This document shows, one piece after another, positions 1 to 9,558 of a DNA stretch of 64,000 nt (positions within the stretch are counted from its first letter, which is position 1; each line of letters begins with the position of its first letter). The notes beneath the pieces are model-generated. The model worked only from the letters and a program-made list of their open reading frames with translations. It searched no databases and was not told the DNA's origin. The stretch lies in the NCBI GenBank assembly GCA_963768655.1, contig CAVYIM010000007.1:32001-96000 (forward strand), written 5' to 3'. Source of the DNA: an uncultured Chloroflexia bacterium. Lineage in GTDB: Bacteria; Chloroflexota; Limnocylindria; Limnocylindrales; CSP1-4. Both the position numbers and the translations under genes were made by a program.

Positions 1-2
1 CC

Positions 3-869
3 GCTCTGCTGATCGTCTTTGCCGCGATCTCGGTTCGGATCGTGCCGCAGTGGGCGCAACTGGTCGTTTACCGCTGGGGCCAGGTCAACGAGAGCCTTGT
101 TCGCAGACCGGGCCTGAGGTTCCTGATTCCGATCGTCGACCGGGGCGTCCAGGTCGACCTGCGCGAGCAGTTCATCGAGGTTCCGCGCCAGACCGCCATC
201 ACCAAGGACAACGCGCCACTGGGCGTCGACTTCCTGATCTACTGGAAGATCGTTGACCCGATGATGAGCCAGATCAACGTGGCCAACTTCGCCGGCGCCC
301 TGCAGGGCGTCGCTGCTACGTCGCTCCGCTCGGTCATCGGCGACATCCCGCTCGACGACGTGCTCTCGCAGCGGGAGAAGATCAACGAGACGCTGCGTCT
401 CAAGCTCGACGAGGTCACAGAGCGCTGGGGTGGCAAAGTAACGACCGTCGAGATCCGCGAGATTCTGCCTCCGCCGGCTGTGCAGGAGGCGATGAACCGG
501 CAGCTCTCCGCCGAGCGAACCCGCCGCGCCGTCATCACCGAGTCGGAAGGCACGCGCCAGGCCACGATCAACGTCGCCGAGGGCGACAAGCAGTCGGCCA
601 TCCTTCGTGCCGAGGGCGATCGGCAGGCCGCGATCCTGCGTGCCCAGGGTTTCAGCGAGGCACTGAACACGATCTTCGGCGCCGCCAAGAACATCGATCA
701 GAAGACCATGACGTTGCAGTACCTCGATGCCCTCAAGACACTCGGCAGCGGGCCCGCGACCAAGTTCGTGATCCCGCTCGAGTTCACGCAACTCCTCGGC
801 CCGCTTGGAGCGATGGTCCAGTCTGGGATGCAGGCCGGAGATGCCGGCCCGTCCGCGAAGCGCGGCTAG
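3..869 (+). CDS. SPFH/band 7 (stomatin-like) protein, 5' end outside window
   Basis: Frame is open from the window start; ITKDN, LRSVIG, EIREI..P motifs and AEG-repeat coiled coil typical of SPFH proteins. Confidence 0.9.
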   Translation, partial: ALLIVFAAISVRIVPQWAQLVVYRWGQVNESLVRRPGLRFLIPIVDRGVQVDLREQFIEVPRQTAITKDNAPLGVDFLIYWKIVDPMMSQINVANFAGALQGVAATSLRSVIGDIPLDDVLSQREKINETLRLKLDEVTERWGGKVTTVEIREILPPPAVQEAMNRQLSAERTRRAVITESEGTRQATINVAEGDKQSAILRAEGDRQAAILRAQGFSEALNTIFGAAKNIDQKTMTLQYLDALKTLGSGPATKFVIPLEFTQLLGPLGAMVQSGMQAGDAGPSAKRG

Positions 870-1097
870 GTGGCTCCCTGCCGGGCCGGCTCGCCTGCGA
901 GACTACGGCTCGGCAACGGCCATGCGGGGTTGACCCGGGTGCCTCCCGGCCGGCCTGGCGTAGCCCCCTGGGGACTATGCCGCCGGTCCGGGAGGCTGCC
1001 TATAATCACAGCGTCCTGCGAGCGTCCCGGTCTTTGAGGGCGGCTGTCCGCCACGGTAACTGAATGACCGGGTGCGTCCGTTACAACAGGTGAGTTG

Positions 1098-2300
1098 ATG
1101 GCCGTCAGGATCCTAGTAGTCGATGCCGACCCGACCGTCCAGCGAGCTCTCAGTAATGCGCTGACCCAGGCCGGATATCAGCCGATCGCCCTGGGCGACG
1201 GCGCCGAGGCCTTGCGCGTCGCGCGAACGGACCGGCCGGCGCTCGTCCTGATTGCGGCGAACCTGCCGGGCGTCGACGGGTTCACGATCGTCAGCCGGCT
1301 GCGAATGGAGGACGGTCCCTCCACCCATACGCCGGTCATCCTGCTGCTTGCGGAGAACGAAGCCGAGCATCGGGGCAAGGCCCTTCGATCGGGCGCCGAC
1401 GACTACCTGATCAAGCCCTTCCATCCGGCCGAGCTGATGGCCCGGATGCGCAGCCTCTTGTCTCGGTACGCGCCGGCCGACGCGGCGCCTACTCCTGCCC
1501 ATCGCACCGCTCCGGCGGCGATCTCCAGGCGTCGCGAGCCGGCCCGAGTGATCCTGTTCTATGGAGCTAAGGGCGGCGTCGGGACGACGACGATCGCGAT
1601 CAACACAGCCATCGCCCTGCACAAGGAAATGGGCAAGAGGGTCTGCCTGATCGACGCCAATCTGCAGTTCGGCGACCATCGAGTCTTCATGGACCTGGGT
1701 CTGGACAAGATGAGCATCGTGGATCTCGCGACGTCGCCGGGCTTCGATCTGGACCTCATTCGCCAGATTCTGATCAAGCACGAATCCGGAGTCGACTTGC
1801 TGCTCGCACCGCCCTCACCCGAAACTGCAGAGCTGGTCACGTCGGACCATCTGCCCGAGATCATCAACTTGATGATGAACGAGTTCGACTACATCGTGCT
1901 CGACGTGGACAAGCGGCTGGACGAAGTGAATTCGAGGATCATGGACGTCGTCCAGACGATCTACCTCGTGATGACTGCCGACCTCCCGTGTTTGAAGAAC
2001 GTCCGCCTCGTGCTGGAGACGATCGGCCATCTCGGCTATTCCGACGCGAAAGTCAAGCTGATCCTGAACCGTTCAAACGCGTTCACGGGCATCAACGTAA
2101 AGAACGCGGAGAGCGCCCTCAAGCGGCGGATCGATTATCAGATCGTCAATGAGTACCGCGCCGCGATCGGCGCGTTGAACAGCGGCGCTCCCTTCATGTA
2201 TACGAAGTCGGATTCGGCGCTCGGCCGGAACATGCTCGAGTTCGTGAAGGAGATGGACAAGGACCTGACCGAGCATCCGACCGCCAAGGTCGCCCGGTAG
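1098..2300 (+). CDS. Receiver domain + MinD/CpaE(TadZ)-like ATPase
   Basis: N-terminal REC fold (ILVVD...GADDYLIKPF), deviant Walker A GAKGGVGTTT, DANLQFGD motif. Confidence 0.85.
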   Translation: MAVRILVVDADPTVQRALSNALTQAGYQPIALGDGAEALRVARTDRPALVLIAANLPGVDGFTIVSRLRMEDGPSTHTPVILLLAENEAEHRGKALRSGADDYLIKPFHPAELMARMRSLLSRYAPADAAPTPAHRTAPAAISRRREPARVILFYGAKGGVGTTTIAINTAIALHKEMGKRVCLIDANLQFGDHRVFMDLGLDKMSIVDLATSPGFDLDLIRQILIKHESGVDLLLAPPSPETAELVTSDHLPEIINLMMNEFDYIVLDVDKRLDEVNSRIMDVVQTIYLVMTADLPCLKNVRLVLETIGHLGYSDAKVKLILNRSNAFTGINVKNAESALKRRIDYQIVNEYRAAIGALNSGAPFMYTKSDSALGRNMLEFVKEMDKDLTEHPTAKVAR

Positions 2301-2370
2301 GTCTCATTCGGAGCCGGCCGCGAGATCGGCGGAGGGGTTCGGCGTGACGCTCGGCGGGTCGGCGTCCAGC

Positions 2371-2423
2371 CAGTGAAGGTCCAGATAAGCCGCAGTTGAG
2401 CCGGCCGGCGTAGCGTCGCCGAC
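2371..2423 (+). promoter_or_regulatory. comM promoter: three 11-bp-period repeats (CAGATAAGC-like) + -10 TAGCGT, leaderless GTG
   Basis: cagtgaagg (2371), cagataagc (2382), cagttgagc (2393), 9 nt, tagcgt (2411-2416), 7 nt, GTG at 2424. Confidence 0.6.
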
Positions 2424-3539
2424 GTGCTCGCCTCCTTGCTTTCGGCCACTCTCCACGGCCTGGACGGCCGCATCGTTCGGGTCGAGGTCGACGTCGCCCC
2501 GGGTTTGCCCGGCTTCACGATCGTCGGGCTGGCGGACACAGCGCTGCAGGAGGCCCGGGAGCGGGTCCGAGGGGCGATTCGCAACAGCGGCTATGAGTAC
2601 CCGCCGCGGCGCATCACGGTCAACCTCGCCCCGGCCGATCTCCGCAAGGGCGGCGCTTCGCTCGATCTGGCGATCGCCCTCGGCATCATGGTCGGGTCGG
2701 AGCAGGTGAAGGCGACGGGCCGCTGGGCCGTTCTCGGCGAGTTGTCGCTCGGCGGCGACCTGCGCCCGGTGCCCGGTCTGCTGCCCATGGTCGCCGCCCT
2801 GGCGCGCCGGCGCGTGAGGCGCGTGATCGTTCCGGCCGACGGCGCGGCCGAGGCGTCTCTGGCGGACGGTGTCGAGGTCGTGCCGGCGACGACCCTGGCA
2901 GAGGCTGCGACGATAGTGCGGGCGAACCGGCGGGGGCGGCCGCGGGAGACACCGCCACGCGTGGAACTGGCGGACTCGCTCGGCCTCGAGGCCGACGGCG
3001 GAGTGGCGCGGGACGCAGCGGCGACGCAGGCCTCCGCGGATGGCGGCGAGGCACCGGATCTGGCCGAGGTCAGGGGCCAGCTGGAGGCGCGGCGGGCCTT
3101 GGAGATTGCACTCGCGGGCGGCCACTGCCTGCTCATGATCGGCCCGCCCGGATCGGGCAAGACGCTCCTGGCGAGGACGATCCCGGGACTTCTGCCGTCT
3201 CTGGACGACGACGAGTCACGGGTGGCGACGATCATCGCCTCGGTCGCCGGTCCGTCGCCGATAAAGGGGCTGGTCAGGACGCGACCGTTCCGAGCGCCTC
3301 ACCACACCATCTCCTATGCGGCCATGGTCGGCGGCGGCCCCCACCTGTCGCCGGGCGAAGTGACTCTGGCGCACGACGGCATTCTGTTCCTCGACGAGCT
3401 GCCGGAGTTCGACCGGGGAGCCCTGGAGGCGCTGCGCCAGCCACTCGAGGACGGCCAGATTGCGATCGCGCGAGTGGGCCGGGCGGCAGTCTTCCCCTCG
3501 CGGTTCCAGCTCGTGGCGGCCATGAATCCGTGCCCGTGC
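2424..3539 (+). pseudogene. comM: comM/YifB Mg-chelatase-like ATPase, 5' part, interrupted by integrative element
   Basis: [42 protein letters not shown]; the expected CPCG is replaced by element sequence and a stop at 3572. Confidence 0.92.
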
Positions 3540-5112
3540 AAGTGGGAACTACACACGGGAATCTGTAGGTGACGAGGGCCCTGGCGGTCTTCTTGCCGTC
3601 GGCCCCGACGTCGGTGTGGACGACGATCCCCACGAGCAGCCGGACGAGCTCCTGACGCTGCTCGTCGGTCAGTCCCGCGTCCAGCCGGGCGCGAACCTCG
3701 CATAGGAGGTCACGGGCCTCCTGCGGGACGACTTCGCCACGTGGAGCCTGTAGCGCGCCCACGCGGGCTCCGAGGGCGTCATGCTCGTGTGCGATGCGGT
3801 CGAGTTCGTCGTCGAGTTCGCCGTCGGGAAGCCGGCCGCGGATGTTGAGAGACAGGGCCTGCTTGCGCTGCCCCTCCAGCGCTTCGAGAGCCCGCGCGAG
3901 GGTGATCGACTCCGCCTCGGCTATGGCTCCCTGCGCCTCGCGCTCGGCGACTCCATCGAGTTCATCAAGGACATCGCCTGGGTCACGCAGGAACCGCTCC
4001 ACGTCGGCCCAGACGGCTGGCTCGATGGCCTTCACTCGAACCGAGCAGGATGGGCAGCGACCCGCTATCGGCCCTCGCTCGACCAGTTCGCCGCCGCAGC
4101 GGTATCGGCCCCCGGAGCGGTCTGCGGAGCCGACCAGAGTCAGACCGCACATGCCGCAGTGGATCACTCCCCGCAGCAGGTAGACGTGACCGCTGTTCTT
4201 GGCCGACCGGCGGTTGCGGGCCAGGGCCTCCTGAGCGGCTTGCCATAGGGCAGGGGAGACCAGGCCCTCGATCGGGGCAGACGTGATCTCGTGACCGCGA
4301 CGTTCTGTCTTCTCGCCGCGCTGATCGATCCGCCGGCCGTACTGCAGCTCGCCGCGGTAGACCGGGTTGACCACGAGGTTGCGGATCCGGCCTGCCCGCC
4401 ACAGGCCCTGGGTAGCCTTGCCACGGACCCCTCGCCCATCCCGGGCGTAGTGCGTGGGGATACCCAAGGCGTTGTACTCGCTGGCGATGGCCCTGCAGCT
4501 CTGACCTCGCAGAGCGACGCGCTCGTAGACGTCGCGGACGAGGTCGGCAGCCGTCAGGTCGGCCCAGGCAATGGTCTGGTCGGGCACCAGTCGAGCCTTC
4601 TGCTTGAGCCCGTCCACTCGAAAGCCCAACGGGACTATGCCGCCGGTGTAGCGACCCTCTCTGGCAGCCCGCGCCATCCCGTCGGCGGACTTGCGCAGAA
4701 ACTCGACTCGGGCGTGGTCGTCGACGACGGCCTGGATGTCGAAGGCCAGGGGGCTCTGCTCACCCTCGGCGTAGCTGAGCAGGCGGATGCCCAGATACGC
4801 CAGCCTGCGCCGGATAAGGAGGGTCTCCGGGGCGTCTCGGCCGAGGCGATCGGTCTTGTAGACCCACAGCTCGTTGAACAGACCTGCCGCGGCGTCCCGG
4901 AGGAGCCTTCCACCATCGGGGCGATCCGCCATCGCCACGGTGCCCGGGACGCCATCGTCGCGGTAGCTGGCCACCAGCTCGACTTCGGGCTCGCGAAGCA
5001 GCCAGCGATCGAGAACGTCGGTCTGGGTCTTGATCGTCTCGCGCTCGCGCTGGTCCTCGCTGCTGACCCGCTCGTAGGTCGCAACCCGCCGGACCCCTGT
5101 GGCCACGGTCAT
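3274..5112 (-). CDS. Large serine recombinase 1 (C-terminus runs through attL into antisense comM)
   Basis: YERVSS catalytic motif, DRLGR, recombinase domain (NPVYRG), zinc ribbon CGMCG, coiled coil. Confidence 0.93.
   Translation of the reverse strand: MTVATGVRRVATYERVSSEDQRERETIKTQTDVLDRWLLREPEVELVASYRDDGVPGTVAMADRPDGGRLLRDAAAGLFNELWVYKTDRLGRDAPETLLIRRRLAYLGIRLLSYAEGEQSPLAFDIQAVVDDHARVEFLRKSADGMARAAREGRYTGGIVPLGFRVDGLKQKARLVPDQTIAWADLTAADLVRDVYERVALRGQSCRAIASEYNALGIPTHYARDGRGVRGKATQGLWRAGRIRNLVVNPVYRGELQYGRRIDQRGEKTERRGHEITSAPIEGLVSPALWQAAQEALARNRRSAKNSGHVYLLRGVIHCGMCGLTLVGSADRSGGRYRCGGELVERGPIAGRCPSCSVRVKAIEPAVWADVERFLRDPGDVLDELDGVAEREAQGAIAEAESITLARALEALEGQRKQALSLNIRGRLPDGELDDELDRIAHEHDALGARVGALQAPRGEVVPQEARDLLCEVRARLDAGLTDEQRQELVRLLVGIVVHTDVGADGKKTARALVTYRFPCVVPTCTGTDSWPPRAGTARGRLPPGPLARSQSGRPRVAGAAPPGLPGRTPAARRGTECRRAPESLRPATGGGRRRPWPHRRWCGEALGTVAS
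3522..3561. other. attL of element 1 (crossover dinucleotide TG at 3531-3532)
   Basis: 31 bp tgcccgtgcaagtgggaactacacacgggaa (3531-3561) is repeated exactly at 37149-37179; sequence to the left is comM. Confidence 0.85.
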
Positions 5113-5315
5113 CGGATACCTCCCAGACCGCGGTCCGGCAGCTGCCTCGGGAGGCCAAGCACCACCCGCAGCGCAGCGACCATCGCCTCCTGGTCAGGCG
5201 TCCATGAACGCTCTATGTCGAGCGGTCTGGCAAGTCGCTGTCTCTTCGGCGGCGCGACGGAGGTAACTGACGGGGCGGAGGCCAGGTCCAGATCCAGATC
5301 ACGCGCATTCGACAT
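5109..5315 (-). CDS. Small protein coupled to LSR1 (candidate directionality factor)
   Basis: GGAGG RBS, ATGA overlap with LSR start, homolog at 38715-38906. Confidence 0.7.
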   Translation of the reverse strand: MSNARDLDLDLASAPSVTSVAPPKRQRLARPLDIERSWTPDQEAMVAALRVVLGLPRQLPDRGLGGIR

Positions 5316-5372
5316 CCTCCGGTTATGGAGCCACGTGGGGCGGGTGTCACGTCAGCGAACGCGTCGACGCTT

Positions 5373-6224
5373 TCAGTGACGTGATTTGGGCCAGTTGCGC
5401 TCGATCGTGCGTCGGTTGGGCTGCCAGCCGGTCTCGGCGCCGAGGGCGGAGCGCAGCCGTTCGAGTGCGGGATGGTCCGCCCCTCCGACCAGGCCCAGCA
5501 AGGAGGTCGGCGTGAGCGACGGGTCCTGCGCGACGAGCAGTGCTAGCGCCTTCCGCAGCCCCAATGTGTCGCGTCGGGTTGCTCGCTTCCGACCGCCGGA
5601 GTAGGGCGGGCGGATGGCTGGAGGCCCGACGCGACGGATGAAGATCTCGGCGCTGGCAGCAAGGTCAGCCTGGAAGCGGGCGCTTCGTCCGTGCCGGCTC
5701 GAATGTGTCGCGAGCTGACCCAGGAGGGCGGCCGAGCGGTAGAAGCCGCCCGGTGGCAAGAGATTGAGATCGTCCGCGAGATCTCCCGCCGGGCGTGTGA
5801 GATCCGGCTCCAGGAGCGCTAGCTGCGCCAGAACGAGCAGGACGCCCACATCAGTTGGGTCCAGGGGTGCGCCAGCTGACTCGATGCGCATGGCCAGTCC
5901 CCGGAGTTGCTCAACAAAGAGCGGCCCGATGCGAGCCGCCTCTTCTCGAACTGCCTCCGACACGAAGTTGAATGGGTTCGGCCACTCGGTGCCGTCAGGC
6001 CAGTAGGGCGTGGCGTCAAGGAAGCGGACCGCGACAAGGGAGACGACGTACTGGTTGGGCAGAGCGAGTGGCTCTACGAGCAACTCCAACGCCGGCCTGG
6101 CGGCCGCCACTTCTCTCGCCACCGCGGGGTGTCCAACCCAGCCAACGGTCACCGCCCGCGCCAGATCGAAAAGCCGCTTCTGCCGGCGATGATCCGGATT
6201 GCGGGGGTCGTATCCGCCAGTCAT
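5373..6224 (-). CDS. Hypothetical protein (start uncertain)
   Basis: Long ORF in same slot as unrelated ORF 39023-39739 of element 2. Confidence 0.55.
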   Translation of the reverse strand: MTGGYDPRNPDHRRQKRLFDLARAVTVGWVGHPAVAREVAAARPALELLVEPLALPNQYVVSLVAVRFLDATPYWPDGTEWPNPFNFVSEAVREEAARIGPLFVEQLRGLAMRIESAGAPLDPTDVGVLLVLAQLALLEPDLTRPAGDLADDLNLLPPGGFYRSAALLGQLATHSSRHGRSARFQADLAASAEIFIRRVGPPAIRPPYSGGRKRATRRDTLGLRKALALLVAQDPSLTPTSLLGLVGGADHPALERLRSALGAETGWQPNRRTIERNWPKSRH

Positions 6225-6425
6225 TCCCCGTCCCACTGCTGTCGTGCCATCGCGCTTACGCGCCTCAGCGGGGCCGGCCAGTCGCCGCCGCAGTGCTTGG
6301 CGGGATTCCAGACACGGTGAATCTACGCCACCGATGTGACCAAAACGGGCGTCGCCGGGCCAAGTCGAACGGAAGACAACAACCCGCGCCGGGTGCGGAC
6401 TGACAACCGGGATCAGGGGTAGGGC

Positions 6426-6508
6426 GGTCGGGACGCCTGGGGCAGCCGCCTCACCGGCTCGCACACGCTCGTCCGGCATCGGCCCGGTCACAGAGCGGAG
6501 CCCGACCC
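6426..6508 (-). ncRNA. Candidate structured leader RNA conserved in both elements
   Basis: Starts about 7 nt after the -10; ends pair (GGTCGGG/CCCGACC); about 40 nt identical in the copy at 39786-39869. Confidence 0.35.
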
Positions 6509-6514
6509 GGCCCG

Positions 6515-6560
6515 ACGTTAGCAAGCGCCACTTATCCGGGGCTTATCTGCGCCTTATCAT
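6515..6560 (-). promoter_or_regulatory. comM-type promoter of element 1
   Basis: GATAAG x3 at 11-bp period (cttatc at 6531, 6542, 6553 on +), 9 nt, -10 TAACGT. Confidence 0.65.
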
Positions 6561-6621
6561 CGCGGCCCTAGATTGACGGCCAAACGGCCGCTCTTCCACC
6601 CGGGGTGGTCGCCTTCTCCAC

Positions 6622-6659
6622 AAGCCCCCGCTGTCTTCCCCCTCAGGCGGCGGGGGCTT
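6622..6659 (-). terminator. Hairpin downstream of terS-like gene
   Basis: aagcccccgctgtct / aggcggcgggggctt inverted repeat; short T tail only. Confidence 0.45.
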
Positions 6660-6676
6660 CCCCTTTGTCGCGGCCC

Positions 6677-7087
6677 TCATCGGACGGGCCGCAGGTGACG
6701 GTAGCGGTCAGGGTCGGACGTCTTCGGAGGCTCGGCCACTGGCGGGAGCCAGCGGCGATCCTGACGGCCCTTGGGAGTGATGCCGTAGGTGTCCGCCCAC
6801 ATGCGGTACTCAGACGCACGAGCGAAGTCGCCCCGCTCCATGGCATCGTAGAGATAGACCACGCAGCGCAGCCCGGGCACGTCCCACGGCCCCCAGTGAG
6901 CGGCCCACCAGGAGCCGAACCACGCCTCCCAGGCCTCCACCGACGACGGCAGGAGGCCATCGGGCGGTTGCGGAACGGGGCCATGTTGCCAGCCCATGGC
7001 GGTGGTCACCTGCCAGTCGCCACGGGCGAGGGGGCGCCTTCCTCGACGGGCTCCGGGCGCCTTGGGAGCTGGACCGCTACCGCCCAC
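6677..7087 (-). CDS. Phage terminase small subunit-like protein (actinophage type)
   Basis: N-terminal GSGPAPK..ARR, Trp-rich middle, C-terminal ASEYRM....GITPKGRQDRRW. Confidence 0.65.
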   Translation of the reverse strand: MGGSGPAPKAPGARRGRRPLARGDWQVTTAMGWQHGPVPQPPDGLLPSSVEAWEAWFGSWWAAHWGPWDVPGLRCVVYLYDAMERGDFARASEYRMWADTYGITPKGRQDRRWLPPVAEPPKTSDPDRYRHLRPVR

Positions 7088-7212
7088 GGGAAAGCCCCAG
7101 ACTGCTACACACGGCGAGGGTCCTGTGCCGGGGTGCTGCGGGTCGGGCGCCTCCTCCGCAGCGACCCTCCCCCCGGTGGACCGCGCTCGCCCTGCCCCAG
7201 ACCGGGCCGCGC

Positions 7213-8148
7213 TCAGACACCGATCGCATCGGCCACCTCGCGCCAGGCTCGGTCCTGCTGGCCCTCGAGTCGCCTCAGGTAGACGCTCGTGACCGCCAGG
7301 CTCGAGTGGTCCAAGAACTGGCTCACCGACTCGATCGACTCGCCAGCGTCACGGCGCAATTTCGCAGCCGTGTGCCGCAAGATATGTACCCCGGTCGGCG
7401 CCATGCCGGCGAGCCGCAGGTAACGGCGGAAGCGGGCATAGAACGTCCCGCTCGTGACTCCCTGCGGCCGCGCAGCGGCCTGCCAGAGCGACTCGTCTGG
7501 CGCCATCGTCGCGAGCTCCTTGCCCGCGTCAGCCAGGGTTGCGCAGATGGCCTCGTAGGCGGGCCGGGGGAGTTCCCGTCGACCGCGCTTGCCGCCTTTG
7601 CCCCGGTAGGAGTAGAAGACGGTCTCACCCTCGAGGCTGAGGTCTCCTGCCCGGAGGCCGATCACCTCCGCTCGCCGGCGGCCGGTCAGGACCAGGGTCA
7701 GCAGGATCGCCCGGTCTCGTCGTCCCGCAACGGTATCGGGCACTACCGCGAGGAGCCGCCGCACCTCGTCCGCTCCGCATCCACGGGCCACCGACTGGAC
7801 GGCTCTCGGTCGTTCGATCGCATCGGTCGGGTTGGAGAGGACCAGACCCATCCGGATCAGGAAGCGGTAGAAGGAGGACAGGCAGGCGATCCGGGCTCCG
7901 ACCGTCGTAGCCGACGGTGTCCGCCCGGACTTGCCGATGCCGTGGACGAAGGCGAGGACGTCGGCTGGCTTGACCCGATCCGGCGTCTTGCCCAGATCCG
8001 CGAAGAACGGCCACAGCATCCGGCTGTAGGACTCGACCGTTCGTCGGGAGCCTGAGCGGTTGCCTTTCTCGACCAGGAAGCCATAGAGCGCCTGGTCCCA
8101 GGCGGAGGGGTCTCCGCTGGCCAGGGCGGGGAGTGGTTGAGCGGTCAT
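7213..8148 (-). CDS. Tyrosine recombinase 1
   Basis: TGRRRAE (R), GKGGK (K), HILRH, LDH, catalytic Y; N-terminal SAM-like domain. Confidence 0.93.
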   Translation of the reverse strand: MTAQPLPALASGDPSAWDQALYGFLVEKGNRSGSRRTVESYSRMLWPFFADLGKTPDRVKPADVLAFVHGIGKSGRTPSATTVGARIACLSSFYRFLIRMGLVLSNPTDAIERPRAVQSVARGCGADEVRRLLAVVPDTVAGRRDRAILLTLVLTGRRRAEVIGLRAGDLSLEGETVFYSYRGKGGKRGRRELPRPAYEAICATLADAGKELATMAPDESLWQAAARPQGVTSGTFYARFRRYLRLAGMAPTGVHILRHTAAKLRRDAGESIESVSQFLDHSSLAVTSVYLRRLEGQQDRAWREVADAIGV

Positions 8149-8258
8149 GGTGGGCGTCCTCGGGTACGGGCTGGACGCCCACATCAGTTACTCAGCCGGC
8201 CCCAGATAGCAACACCATGGCCAAATGGTGCCCATGGACGCCGGACCGAGTCGGGGCG

Positions 8259-8573
8259 TCAGCGATCGCCGGGCGGGTCCTGCTCAGGCGCCAGCGGGTT
8301 GATCGATTGGTTCCCAATCTGGCGCGCCCCTCCGAACAGGCTGAACTCACGCACCCGCAGCCGCCCGAGCCGGGGCACTCTTGGGGCGTCACTCCGCTCC
8401 ACGACATTTGCGAATGGTTCAACCTCCTCGATCCCGTGTTCTAGGGAGAGCGAGTAGATGTCGCTCGGCGGGTCGACGACGATGATGCCGCGCTCGAGCA
8501 AATCCTCTGCGGCGTCGGCGGAGAGTTCATAGGTAACGCCGTCGTAGACGAGCAGGCTCCTGCCGATCGCCAT
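8259..8573 (-). CDS. Hypothetical protein
   Basis: GGAGG upstream, protein-like composition. Confidence 0.5.
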   Translation of the reverse strand: MAIGRSLLVYDGVTYELSADAAEDLLERGIIVVDPPSDIYSLSLEHGIEEVEPFANVVERSDAPRVPRLGRLRVREFSLFGGARQIGNQSINPLAPEQDPPGDR

Positions 8574-8758
8574 CTCTGCCTCCGGATCCTCAAACCGGGC
8601 AACTCGTGGTTCAAGTTGCACTCACACAATTGTGACTCCGGCCCTGTCGTTTAGGTTCTACCGCGTTTCGTTGGCGCTGGCAGGATGGAGCGCAATGGCG
8701 AACGGACGCTATCGCGGCGTCGTGACGACCGCCTGCGGTCCCTTCTCGCGTGCGGCGG

Positions 8759-8980
8759 TCAGTCGACTTTGGCGAAGAGGCTGAAGAGACCGTTCAGCTC
8801 CTTCTCCGTCAGGCCGAGGTCATAGTCGATGAGAAGCAACTGAACCTCGATCTGCTCCACCTCCGCTCGTGAAGGCGTGGCGTTGGATACCCGTGCCGCG
8901 ATGGTGTGGGCCAGCCCTTCCAGCCTGGCCATGCGCTGGGCGGCCGCGTTGATCCGAGCAACTATCTCAGCGTTGGTCAT
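8759..8980 (-). CDS. Small helical hypothetical protein (73 aa)
   Basis: GAGGAG RBS, ATG at 8980. Confidence 0.6.
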   Translation of the reverse strand: MTNAEIVARINAAAQRMARLEGLAHTIAARVSNATPSRAEVEQIEVQLLLIDYDLGLTEKELNGLFSLFAKVD

Positions 8981-9558
8981 GGTTCTCCTCGTTGCCCCCG
9001 AAGAAAAGCGCGTCCTGAGGGGGATCAAACGCGCCCAATAGGTGGAGTCTAGAACGCAGCGGGGGTTCCTTGTCGGCGCTGGGCGGTGGCGCTTTCTGGC
9101 GCAGCGTTGCACGTCCACATGACGCCTTCTCGACACCGTGGCGACCCGCTGCCTCGCCAGACTCCGGGCCCGCTCCGCGAACAGATGCTCGCCCGAGCCT
9201 CCGTCGGCCATTTGGTCCGGCCTTCCCTGGCGGGGCCTCGACCCTGTCTGACCCAACGGTTGGCGCTGGCCTCTGTCGTCACCCACCAACGAGTCTTACC
9301 CCGACCCTCGATGCGACAGGCTTGCCCTTGCTAGTAGTCCCTGGTCACCGAGCACCATCGCCCGATCGTGAGGAGTCGAAAGGAGGAAGATCGCGACCAT
9401 CGGATTGGCCGCTGGTTCACAGTCAACCCTTGGGGAGCAGGCGGCCAGCAGTCGGACCTCGTTCTCGCCGGCCCGCGCCACAGGCCAATCATTCACTCAG
9501 TCATACTGCTGCCGTGGGGCGACGCCACAGGTGATTGGTAGCCGACGGGGAGTCGCTG

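Noticed and set aside
2304-5379. Long antisense ORFs (2304-3125, 4291-5379 and many similar)
   Set aside because: Shadow frames of real genes in high-GC DNA, with no motifs
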